A DNA stretch of 64,000 nucleotides, from positions 96,251,235-96,315,234 of the forward strand of contig NC_068987.1 in NCBI RefSeq assembly GCF_001194135.2, written 5' to 3'. The stretch's first letter is position 1. Every line of letters starts with the position of its first letter. The notes under the pieces were generated by a model. It saw only the letters and a program-made list of their open reading frames with translations. It was not told where the DNA came from and did no database searches. Origin of the DNA: Octopus bimaculoides. Lineage: Eukaryota. Shown in pieces: positions 23,725 through 35,167 of this stretch. The position numbers were made by a program, and so were the translations under genes.

Positions 23725-26700
23725 ATATATATATCATCATCATCATCATCATCATCATTTAACATCCTCCTTCCATGCTGGCATGGGTTGAACAGTTTTA
23801 CAGGAGCTGGCCAGGCAGGAGAGCCTGCACCTGAGTGAGTTTTGGCACGGTTTTTATGGCTGGATGCCCTTCTTAACACCAGCCACTATTAGAGCAGCCT
23901 GAAGTAACATTATTAATGAGAAACAATAACAGGTATAGGGAATGTATGTTATGAAAGCAGGTGCCATACCAAGACAATATTGTTGGTGGGTCCTTGATAT
24001 AGTGAATAGAATGCTATGTATCTTCTGCATGTGGCTATGAAAATCCACACAAGTTGATACTGTTATGTATGCCTACAATATTATTTCAGTATTGCACCAG
24101 CTTGCATAATATGCATTGTTTACATCAAACATTCATCAACCAGTTGAAACATCTGTAAATCTATGCTTTAATTATATCATGTAAATTGCGTATACAACTT
24201 TTCATATAAATACATTCTTTATGCCAGTTATAGTTTGTCTGTCTTTCTATTTGCTAGAAAAAACACTGGTATTGCATAGTTCATTAAATTTGTTGTCTAA
24301 TTTTCTCATGCAGGCATCTGTTTTTGATATAACGAACATATTTAATTTATCTGGCTTGGTGGTGGTGTTGTAAGTACAATGAGAGCAGCCCACAGTTACA
24401 TTATTAAAAGGGAACTTCTAGTAATGTGATAGTCGATTTTAATTCTTTCAGAACATAAGCATACACATCATTGTTGTTGCTCTTTTGGATTCTTTGCTTC
24501 CATTGTGTAACCCCCAAGTCACTCCTGATTGAGCAAACCTGCAAACAAAAGGCCTTCCAGTCATTACCAACACAATATTTTCTTGTATCCACGACTATGT
24601 TGCATTGTCTAATATATCCAACATGGTTCAAATCAGTTATGCATTTTGCAAAGACCTGTTTAACTGAATGAGTACATCTGTTATTCAGTTTCAAACAACC
24701 ACTAGTATCTCTGTCAGTCCTGCCTGTCTCTCTCTCTTTATCTATGTCTTTTTCTTCATACATGTCTCTCATTCTCTGTCTCTCTTTATTCTACTATTCC
24801 AGACAGTGTCAAAGAGAGACAGAAAAAAAAGAAAAATTAAAAAGAGACTGCAAGGGAAAAAACTACAGAGATTTTGACATCAGCAAACGTATTTTAGAAT
24901 CTTTCATTAACTCACAACATATTCTTCACCAGCTTTCTGTCTTTCAACGTTTTTGCTAATACTATTCCTTTTCAAATTTCTGACATTCTTCTGATCCTTT
25001 CTTGACAAATGGTAGGATGTGGTTTGAAAGAGATTTCACTGTTACTTCTCAAAATAAATTTTATACAAATCTTCCTTATGAGATGAGAAATAATCTACTA
25101 TAATAATACTCTTGTATTTTTCTCTGTCACAACGCATGAATGAGAAAGGAAGGGGTGATGGCAAACTGGTAGAGGGAGTGTTTCAACTCTGTGTGAGTAT
25201 ATGTGTAAGTATGTAAAAGGGAGGTATGTGAATGTGTGTGTGTGTGTGTGTGTGAAAGAGAGAGAGAGAGAGAGAGTGTGTGCAATGAAAGTGGGATGGT
25301 GAACATTGAACACTGAAAAATGTGAATGTCTGTATGTGTGAACCAGCATTTTTTCAGTTACAAATGATCAATGTCACATCTCAAAAGACAACTAGATAAC
25401 CTTGACAAGTGAATTAATTTGATTTACCATCCATATTTATATATAAAATACTACAATTAGCCAACGTTTTTGATGGCATGGAGCCAGCTAGTAATAATAT
25501 ATATATGGCTTTGAAGATATTTGTTTTCAGGATGCTGAATAAAAGAAAGACACACACACACACACACACAAACACTTAATATCATATATATATGTATGAT
25601 GGATAATAAAATGAATGGTTTACACCTGGTAGCTTATTGGTAAAGCACGGTCACTTTCACAGTGATCATTATGTATATGGTAAATGAAAGACAGAAGATG
25701 GAATATAAAAGAATTTATTATTAATCACGACAATTGTTTCAACACATTTAGCATCGATTCCTCATGGGTTGGAGCATCCAGCGGTGCAGATGTATCTTGT
25801 CAGGTGAAAATTAAATACAACTCGTTAAAATAACAGTTCTGCAATGTAACTTGCTGATTCCGTGTTCGTTTCCATTTTGTCATCTGTGATTTTATTTTTG
25901 ATCTTCTATATAAATGAAGATATTTCCACTGTCTGGCTGCTTTTCTTTCTACAAAACGGGAAGTTACATTGTGGAACTGTTATTTCAATGAGTTGTATTT
26001 ATTTATCACCCAACAAAATACATCTGCACCGCTGGATGCTCCTGAACCAGCTGTTGAGTGTCCCACCCATGAGGATTCGATGCTAGATGTGTCGAAACAA
26101 TTGTTGTGATTAATAATAAATTCTTGTATATTCTATCTTCCATCTTTCATTTGTCATATATATCATCATCATCATCATCATTGTTTAATGTCCGCTTTCC
26201 ATGCTAGCATGGGTTGGACGATTTGACTGAGGACTGGCAAGCCAGAAGGCTGCACCAGGCTTCACTCTGATCTGGCAGAATTTCTACAGTTGGATGCCTT
26301 TCCTAACGCCAACCATTCGAAGAGTGTAGTGGGTGCTTTTACGTGCCACTGGCACAAGGGCCAGTCACACGGTACTGGCAACAGCCTCGCTCAAAAAGGT
26401 GTTTTTTATGTGCCACCTGCACGGGAGCCAGTCCAGCGGCACTGACAATGACCTCACTCGAATGATTTTCTAACATGCCACCAGCACAAGTTCTAGAAGG
26501 CGACGCTGGTAACGATTACGCTCAAATGGTGCTATTTACAGACCACTAGCACGGAAGCCAGACAGCTGCTCTGACAATGAACACGCTCGGACAGTGCTGT
26601 TAATGCTCCACTGGCGCAGGTGCCAGTCATCGAATATGGTTTATGTATATATATATATATATGAGTGGTTGGCGTTAGGAAGGGCATCCAGCTGTAGAAA

Positions 26701-29700
26701 CTCTGCCAAATCAGACTGGAGCCTGGTGTTGCCATCCGGTTTCACCGGTCCTCAGTCAAATCGTCCAACCCATGCTAGCATGGAAAGCGGACGTTAAACG
26801 ATGATGATGATGATGATGATACACACACACACATGCACTTAGACATACACATAAGCATACACACACACAGATGTGACTGGGTCAAATTTAGTTCTTTTTA
26901 AATCTTACATTCCTTAAATACTGATTTGTGCAACATGAATATATAGGAGTACTTATATATCATCTATAAGCCATTTTTTAATTATATAGATGCAATTGCA
27001 AGTTTGCTCAGACTTAACTATAAAAGTCATTATGCTTTTCTAACTATTCCCTTACATCCGTGGTAGGATTTGAATTCTGAACTGCAAACTTAGTGAATCA
27101 TTTAACAACTACACAGTGATTCTGCATCTAAGTATGGTACTATTTCTAGCTAGCTCATTCCTACAAATTAATATACTCCTGGATTTTACAGTATAACCAT
27201 TCCTTACATTAACCTACTCTGTAAAATTCATAAACAGCCAGATGGACTGAGCAATCTGCAAATTCGTTTCGTTGGCTACCAACTGTGTACAGTGTCGCTT
27301 ATAGTATATAATCTCATGCAACTTATGATTACCTAAAGGATTCGTTTTCCAGTTATTTTTGAAGGTTAATGATTCCCGGCAATCAGAAAGTTGTCTCTCC
27401 ATTGAAATTTTTTCTAAGGGAGAGAACTAGGATAACTACATAATGGTCATTTGAAATATATGGTGGTGGTAGTGGTGGGGGTCACATCACAAGGGAGGTC
27501 ACTGTGCCATGTCACTTTACAGTGTAAATAACTGCTTATGTTCACAATGTATAAGGTTATGATTCTAATGTGCAGTCTGAATAATATACATATGTTTTAA
27601 ATATCTTTTTCATAGCCAAAGTAATGCAAGTTATAGAAATACTAATAATATGGGTCATTGATTAGCTCTGGTCCTAACCCTGAAATATTGAAATACCAGG
27701 TAATAATACTAACCATCAATTTGTGTTAATTTTTTTTTATAACTTGCATTGTATTGGCTTAAAAATAAAAAGATATTTCAAAAATATTTATATATCAGAC
27801 AATGCGTCACGAAAACCATACTATTCTGTTATATATGTATGAACGTATGCATGTATGATTTTATGTCAATTTATTTATTAAAAAACCCCCATTCAACTGA
27901 AAGATTAGTCAATAATTTTTAGTAAAGTATATATTTAGTAACTTAGTCAACATTACTATATTACTAGTGTTATAAAATATTCAAAATAACCCTCAATAGG
28001 ATTTGAGCCCCAAACAGAAACAAAAAAATTACATTAACCTTATATAGTAAAACAGATTGGTGTTTCATCAGTTTTGTCAACTCACAACTTATATGTTTCT
28101 AGTTATCTTAATTTTTTTTGTTATTCTGTCTTTACTCATTTCTTCAGACATGGGAATTTCATCCAAGTTGGTTATACTGCATCGACTATATTGCAACAGA
28201 AGAATTTGAATTTGATAACTACCACAAGTTTCGTGTTCGCTGGAGTATTCCAACTCAGTGTAAGCCAATTCCTCGTGGAACTGTTTGCATTTATTTCACC
28301 TTCCGTGTTTCAAAGATTAAGCCAAAAGTATGTGTTTAAATTATGTTCATTTTCAAAAAATTATGTTTGGTTAAAAAAACTGTTTCACATCCAATATTGG
28401 TGTGTTTATTATTTTCTGTTTGTTGTTTTGTTGTAGTTGTATACTTTGGTATTTTCCTATTAAAACTTTGAATAAACAATGAAGTTTTTATATGCACTTC
28501 AGTTGACAAAAAGCCATAAGTAAAGATAAAGGTACCTTACTATATGCATCATATTGTTGATGTTAGTTGAGAAAAATTTGAACATTATGAAGGAACTATT
28601 CCTCAAACAAAATTGAATAAAATTCTGGAAGAATTCTATTCTCAGACCTTTATTAAGATTTACTCATACATCTTATTAGCAATGTGTTACAATTCCCTGA
28701 GCCTGATACAAAGAACAAGTTATCATCTTGATCATATACCTGTTATGTTGCTCAATTTGCTACCTTTTCCTAACCCTTGAGTGCCATTAACAGCATTCAT
28801 TCTATTGCAAGCATTCAGATTAGGTACCTTGCTCAAAGAAAGAAGATAATATGGAGTAGAATAAGCAATCCAGTTGGTTTGCATCTAAGTCTTGATAACC
28901 ACAATGGTGTAAGCAAAACAAGAGTACAGAATAGTTTGAAATTGTGTCTTTCTTATAAGTAGATTGAATTAGACAGTATAGGAAAACAACAGAACCCTTT
29001 TGTACTCACGTCCTTCTAGTAGCTGGACCAAGACATTAAAGTAACTGCAACACAACATAACAAGCTTAATGGTTCCCTTCTATGAAGATTAATCCAAGCA
29101 ATGAATGAGTACAGTACAGATAGTGTTTGAACTCATGTCCTTCTATTAATTATAACAAGAAAATGACAGTAGGAGTGTAGTGCAATACAATTTAAACATG
29201 TACCCTTATTATAAGTAGGGTAAGGTTATTGTTGCTTGGCCCCCTGTCAACCCTGATCAAGTCAATCTATGGTTGTAGTGTTCTAGTTAGAAACACTCTC
29301 TTTACATTCAGTGTGTACTCTGGATTACATTATTCAATATGTCCTTTGAGTGAGATCATCATCCTCATTATCATTTAAAGTCCAAGTTCCATGCTAGCAT
29401 GGGTTGGACAGGTTGATAGGACACAGTGTGTCTAAGGACTGCATTGTCCTCCAATGTCTGCTTTGGAATGGTTTTTACAGCTGGAAGCCCTTCCTAATGC
29501 TAACCACATTATAATGTATACTGGGTACTTCTTTTGTGCCACCTGCACTAATGAGCTACTATGCATCTTGCAAGACTACAAACCCAAGAGAGATAGAGCT
29601 AATATTTTTAGCAGCTGGAGCAAGTACATACAGGCTCCCTTGTTTGCTCAGTAGATGAGAACAATGTAATAAAACTTACAGTACAGCAGCACAATAAGTT

Positions 29701-30866
29701 TGAACTTTTGTCCTTTATGCCAATAATAACAAATATTAAGAATTGTTAGCATGCCGGGCAAAATGCTTAGCAGCATTTCGTCTGTGTTTACATTCTGGGT
29801 TCAAATTCTACCAAGGTCAACTTTGCCTTTCATCCTTACAATGTTGATAAAATAAGTGCTAGTTGAGCACTGTGGTCAATGTAATTAACTTACCCACTCC
29901 TCCAAAATTGCTGGTCTTGTGCCAGATTTTGAAACCAATAATAACAAGTGCCTTAACTAATCTGAGATGGCTGAAACATTAAAGCTTTGTAATTCTTCAT
30001 TTTAGAACTATCCAGTTGAAGTATCTTTTGTTATAGAGACCAACCAACTAATTCATAGGTAAGAGTTTACCTTCACATCTTTCTTCATTTCTTACTTTTA
30101 TTTTCTTCTTCTTCTCTTATTGTCCTCATACAGTTGCTATTTCCTATGCTAATCATTCAATTGTAAAGTGAGAACTCTACATATAATATTTGTTGTGGCT
30201 ACGCCTATGCCATGACAATTACTTGTAAAAACCTTGATTATATTTTACTAAACTCAAGGGGTCAGATATTGAGCTGCTTTTCAAATACTATTTCTCATTG
30301 TAAATGTCCAACACACAGTCACATATTATTCAGCACTCCCTTCACCATGAACTCTGTAGTAGTACTTCAGGATAGCTGACTGGTCAGAGTGCCACCAATT
30401 TTATACCACTTACCTCCAGTAGCACATGTATTTCACTTTTGACCCATCAAAAACAGCTAGGTGGATGACTGAATCTATTTTTTTCAGGCACGCCCTTTCA
30501 CATCTCTCAGCTCAGCTCACATATCTCAATTTAAATTATTGTAATGACAAGTGGTCAGCATATTTTGTGCTAAGTTACAAAGGGGTCTTAGGAAAAATTT
30601 GTAGCTAACATAACACTCAAGGCTGGATTTAGGATTATATAATAGTAAATTCTAGTATATTTGATAATATCATGAGGTATTTTTTATATGTGATATTTTT
30701 GTTTAATTAAGTTTGTATTTTTCTGTTAGTAGAGATTTTCATCCATACATATGTATGTACATACATTCAACATCATCATCATTAAATGTCCATGTTCCAG
30801 CACCTGTTAAACTGTGCACCTTATACCACCATGATAATGGAATTTAAATAATAATAATAATGAAGA

Positions 30867-30902
<36 letters not shown>

Positions 30903-31755
30903 GGGCCCTAGACAAGCTTAAGCTAAGAATTAAGGTTGTAGAAAGGCCAGGTACCTTTATCAAATCCTTAATCAGTAGAACTTACCCTTTTAATAGAACC
31001 CCCTGTACTGATGGGAACTGTATTGTATGTAGATTCAGCCCACAAACAAAGTGTAAAGTTAGGAATGTAGTCTATAGAATAAAATGTACAGAGGGACGGT
31101 GCAGAAACAAGACAATGACATACGTAGGGGAGACAGCATGGAGCATAGGAGAGCAGGTAAATGAGCATTGAAGGGAGCTCAAGGAAGAGAACTCATTGGT
31201 TCTATACCAACATGCTGAGTGGGAACACGGGGGCTCACTCTACAACATAGAAGTTAATCCCTTTGGCAGTAATTAAAGCTTGAATTCTACATGTGTCCCT
31301 GTTTCTCTCCACTCTGTCTAAAAAATGTTTACTGTAATTTGTTTGGTAGAAATTATATTAGGATTGCTGGGAGGCTGGTTTTGCTGTCTGGAGTGTTGGC
31401 GAGGTGGCTGAGTTCCTTTTGAGCGTTGGGCCTCGTGGAGGCAAAGTGGCTGAGTTTCTTTCGAGTTTTGGGCTTCACGGAGGCGAGGTGCCTGAGTTCC
31501 TTTCGAACAGGCCTTACGTATGTAAACCATAGTCATCATCAGTGAGTGGCAGAAATGGCAGGGCAATGGATATATGCTTTGCAGTTAGTATTTAGTTCAG
31601 TACTTTTTTATGTTTTAGTTTAAATCCCAAAATAGTTATCACTTATTTAAACTTCTTTCTTCTTCTTCTTCAGGCCTGGCAAAACTCGCTTTCGAGAAAA
31701 GTGGTTGAAGGATGTTATTGAAAGTAAAATAAAATACAACTGTTTGAATTGTTAA
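20621..31755 (+). CDS. AKAP14: A-kinase anchor protein 14 (AKAP28 family, ciliary axoneme); 5 exons, 684 nt, 227 aa
   Basis: Joined exons give ME-ASTDESPEL...KNIIWFNIDQYSTDMALRKIDQYIR-TWEFHPSWLYCIDYI...FRVRWSIPTQCKPIPRGTVCIYFTFRVSKIKPK-NYPVEVSFVIETNQLIHR-PGKTRFREKWLKDVIESK. This matches the AKAP28 domain pattern as recalled from human AKAP14 ([31 protein letters not shown]...PIVVSYV...HRPGMVRFRENW). Confidence 0.92.
22636..22997 (+). CDS. AKAP14: AKAP14 exon 2
   Basis: 362 nt open frame; tttcag acceptor, AGG|gtaaag donor. Confidence 0.9.
23535..23648. repeat. Inverted repeat, 45-bp arms, 24-nt loop
   Basis: 23535-23579 versus reverse complement of 23604-23648; 8 DNA differences. Confidence 0.85.
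25675..26159. repeat. Inverted repeat with about 180-200-bp arms
   Basis: 25675-25852 versus reverse complement of 25961-26159. Confidence 0.88.
26600..26820 (+). mobile_element. SINE-like family A with (GAT)n tail; other copies at about 2160-2500, 5200-5350, 9475-9660, 13330-13590, 17595-17780, 21665-22060, 23735-23890, 26160-26560, 29370-29550, 57760-58030, 59090-59480, 63690-63950
   Basis: tggttggcgttaggaagggcatccagctgtagaaa...catgctagcatggaaagcggacgttaaacgatgatg. Confidence 0.85.
28148..28327 (+). CDS. AKAP14: AKAP14 exon 3
   Basis: 180 nt; cttcag acceptor, gtatgt donor; AKAP28 core RWSIPT...IYFT...SKIKP. Confidence 0.95.
30006..30058 (+). CDS. AKAP14: AKAP14 exon 4 (NYPVEVSFVIETNQLIH)
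   Basis: 53 nt; ttttag acceptor, gtaaga donor. Confidence 0.92.
30895..31260 (+). mobile_element. Penelope-like element GIY-YIG endonuclease fragment
   Basis: Cys-rich PCTDGNCIVC...KC, then NVVYRIKC...YVGETAWSIGEQVNEH*...YQHAEWEH. Confidence 0.82.
31398..31510. repeat. GC-rich 42-bp tandem repeat, about 2.6 copies
   Basis: Unit ggcgaggtggctgagttcctttYgagcgttgggcctcgtgga. Confidence 0.85.
31674..31755 (+). CDS. AKAP14: AKAP14 exon 5 (PGKTRFREKWLKDVIESKIKYNCLNC*)
   Basis: Long CT tract plus cag acceptor; PG..RFRE.W motif; TAA at 31753-31755. Confidence 0.92.
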
Positions 31756-31904
31756 ACAATTAAAATATTTATACCAATGAATTAAAAGTGCGAAATGGTT
31801 ACTGAGTTCTCTTGTTTATTTTTCTTTCTCTTTAACTCATAAATAACTCATTATTACAGCAGATTGGGAAAATCAGTGAAACCTCATACCATATACTTTG
31901 CCAC

Positions 31905-32060
31905 TTTACAAGTTGGTATCAAAAAGTTCCTGGACTAGTTATGTTTAATAAGAAAATAACTTATTTACCTAAATTTTAACATCATCTCCTTTGAAATAGT
32001 CACCTTGTGCAGCAATACACCAGTTCCAGCATTCCTGCCACTTTTGGAATCACTTTTGGA
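31905..32060 (-). mobile_element. 3' end fragment of the same mariner family
   Basis: Reverse complement of the 39080-39220 end (ggtatcaaaaagttcctggactagttatgtttaat). Confidence 0.75.
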
Positions 32061-33490
32061 AACAGACTATGCTGTGGTAGATATCATGAGAGAACTCTCA
32101 TATAGGCTTTTGGTGCAAAATGCCTCTTGCTTATATTGCTAGCGGGAAGGTAAAGCCCCACAACCTCCAGTGCTGAGACCATTAGGTCACATGATTTCAA
32201 CCTTCTTTGGTCTTGTCAATTATGGACGCTTGACTGCTAGAGATAGCAGTGTCTCATCTCCCTGCCAGCGATATATAGAATAAGAGTGCTGGAACAGGTG
32301 CTGGTGTTGTGATTAGCCAGTGAGCTTCTTAAGAAATATATATTAGTGACATGTGCAGTATTAATACTGAGGGGTAATATTTATCTCCACTTAAATGTGG
32401 ATGTTCTGTTAGAACAAACTATACTGTGGTAGATGCCATGATGTATTTCTAAATACCAGGCAGAGCTGTGTGGTAAGAAGTTTGCTTCCCAACCACATGG
32501 TTCCAAGGTCAGTTCCACTGCATATATAATGTAAATATGTATATTTACATCAACCAAAGCTTTGCGAATGGATTTCGGTATGGAAACTGAAAGTAGCTGG
32601 TCATATTTATATCTATATGTGTGTGTTTCCACTACCCTGCTTGACAACTGGTGTTGGTTTGTTTACTACCTCATAACTTAGCAGTTTGGCAAAGGAAACC
32701 AACAGAACAAGTACACGACTTAAAAGCTAAGTACTGGAGGTGATTTGTTCAGTTAAACACTTCAAGGTGGTGCCCCAGCATGGCTGCAGTCCAATGAGTG
32801 AAACAAGTAAAAGAGCCCTAAAAAGAGTGGATGGTCTTGGTTGGAATGCCTTTGATCACTTGTCTACTTCATCATGGTTGGCCAAAAGTTAAGCTGTCAC
32901 AACAACAATAAAAATAACAAGTTATCAGTGTAATTCCATTGAAAATTTACTTACGAAATGACAAATTTATATTGGTTGTAGTCAGGTGGTTGTGGCAGGT
33001 TTATGATGTCCGCAGAAAATTAGTAAAAAGATCTGATATGGCAGTGGGGAGGGAATTCAGATGGAAAATCCAGAGCCCTTGTTGCTTTGATAAGTGGTAC
33101 AGAAATGGGGAGGGGGAAAAGATTTTTATCTGGATATGTTCAGGTTGGTCATTCACATTACTGTGTCTATATAAATGATCAGCGTTAAAATTGTAAAGAT
33201 TTTTAGATTGAAATACAATGAACACTTTGCTGGAAAACATCTTTTGATTCCAAAGCAAATAAGTCACTGAATGGTTTGGTTCCTGTCATTGGATTCACGA
33301 TGCTTTTACTTCACTTAATTTCAAACCATACAAACATATGCATATATATATATATATATATATATATCATATATATGATGTAAAATCTGTATATATGGAA
33401 ACCTATATAGTAGAAATACAAACATAGCAAATTTAACTATTTCTCTATAGACTAGAAAAAAAAATGAAGAACTGCTTTAATTGATTTTTT

Positions 33491-33626
33491 GGCACTATCA
33501 TGCTATTAGCTGTCAGAAGTGAAAGTGCTCACTGCTAGTGAAGTATCTGTCTGTCTGCCTGCCTGTTGCTGGCCTGTCGATTCTTTGGCTACTGACAGCT
33601 ANNNNNNNNNNCCGGAGCGAGCTATA

Positions 33627-33663
<37 letters not shown>

Positions 33664-33863
33664 ATCTATTACTCGAAAGTTCGCGCGTCCGCGCTAGCTA
33701 GTCGTGAGTGGTCGATCCTATTATTTTTAAACTTCAAACTTCATTTGTTTTCTATTTTGATAAATTCTCTCTGTTGAAAATTATATTTTTATATTTTAAA
33801 TAATTTGCAATTTCAGGAAATATGTTTTTATATTGCAGATGCGCGAACTTTCGAGTAATAGAT

Positions 33864-33894
<31 letters not shown>

Positions 33895-34039
33895 TAGCTC
33901 ACTCTGGCCAGTCATGGTATTAGCTGTCAGTAGCCAAAGAATCGACAGGCCAGCAACAGGCAGACAGGCAGACAGACAGATACTTCACTAGCAGGCAGTG
34001 AGCACTTTCACTTCTGACAGCTAATAGCATGATAGTGCC
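33491..34039. mobile_element. Foldback MITE, 549 bp, about 200-bp TIRs, 8-bp TSD GATTTTTT
   Basis: GGCACTATCATGC... at 33491 is mirrored by ...GCATGATAGTGCC ending 34039; gatttttt at 33483-33490 and 34040-34047; one arm has a short N gap. Confidence 0.88.
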
Positions 34040-34452
34040 GATTTTTTTTAACCTTAGTGGGTTGTCATCAGCAGTGTCTACATCATTTGACCAATCCTCA
34101 AGGAATAAGTAGCCAATCTATTTATATACCCCACAGATCCCATAACTACAGAGAACTGAAGTTACTAATTTGCATACCATAAGTATTTAACTCTTTACTT
34201 AATGTCAGAGGCATATATGTTTAACATACATACTGAAAAGCTTAAGCATTTTTACATGAGAAAATTTATGTTACAAAACAAAAAGATGACAATGTTTTGA
34301 GAACTTTGTCATAGTTAAAAAAGAATGCATTTACATTTTTAGCAAAATATGGTACCGGTTTCAATTACTTAAAAGGGTGATTTAGTCATGCTGAAATAAA
34401 AAGTAAAATAAATCTATTTCCCTTCTATTTTCTGTTTCTTTAACTTTTATTA

Positions 34453-34716
34453 TGTTGTGTCTGAGGAGAGTCATTTTCTTTTTGTGCCTTATAATTTAAC
34501 ACACTCACTGGTAAAATTTCCACTTATTCCTTATTTTTATTTTCCTAAAATTTTTGTTGCGTCTTGCAACCTTTTCAATAGTCTTGACTCTTGAAAAGGC
34601 TGCAAGATGCAACGAAAATTTTAGGAAAATAGAAACAAGGAATAAGTGGAAATTTTACCAGTGAGTGTGTTAAATTATAAGGCACAAAAAGAAAATGACT
34701 CTCCCCAGACACAACA
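34453..34716. repeat. 264-bp near-perfect palindrome
   Basis: 126-bp arms 34453-34578 / 34591-34716 with 6 differences, all transitions. Confidence 0.92.
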
Positions 34717-35167
34717 GAATATGCTTCAACACACAAACTCACACGAATCTTGCAAACCAAATCCAAAAACGAAATATAACTTTTATTAAATTTTCTTTTT
34801 TAACAATTGAAACGTATCACATTTTGATAAAAATGTAAATAATTTCTTTTATCTTTGAAAAAGTTTTCACACCATTTTCTTTATTTTTTTTTGTTTCATT
34901 TGCACACCTCACACACGCATGCACACTCACACACACACATAAAATAGTAAAATGATAATGAGCTTATTGTATACAGTGCTCGGGCATTGAATATAGTATG
35001 TGTGTGTGTATGTATGCATGTTGGGTTTAAACCAACAAAATCAACAAAGAACATACATTTAGCAAATGTTAATGTAAGTATATGATATTGTGAGTATATG
35101 TGTGCATGTGTATATATGTCTCTGCATATATGTATGTGTAATAGTTTATAAAAATGTGTTAAAATTA

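Noticed and set aside
26066-26098. An active hammerhead ribozyme
   Set aside because: The core lacks the invariant CUGA in both arms; kept only as a vestige
31744-31755. AKAP14 terminal CLNC as a prenylation signal
   Set aside because: Poor CaaX (Asn at a2), not CC or CXC, and the tail may itself come from a frameshift
33001-33267. 88-aa ORF between AKAP14 and SLC15 as a fourth gene
   Set aside because: No recognisable motif, splice partners or coding bias; length is within chance
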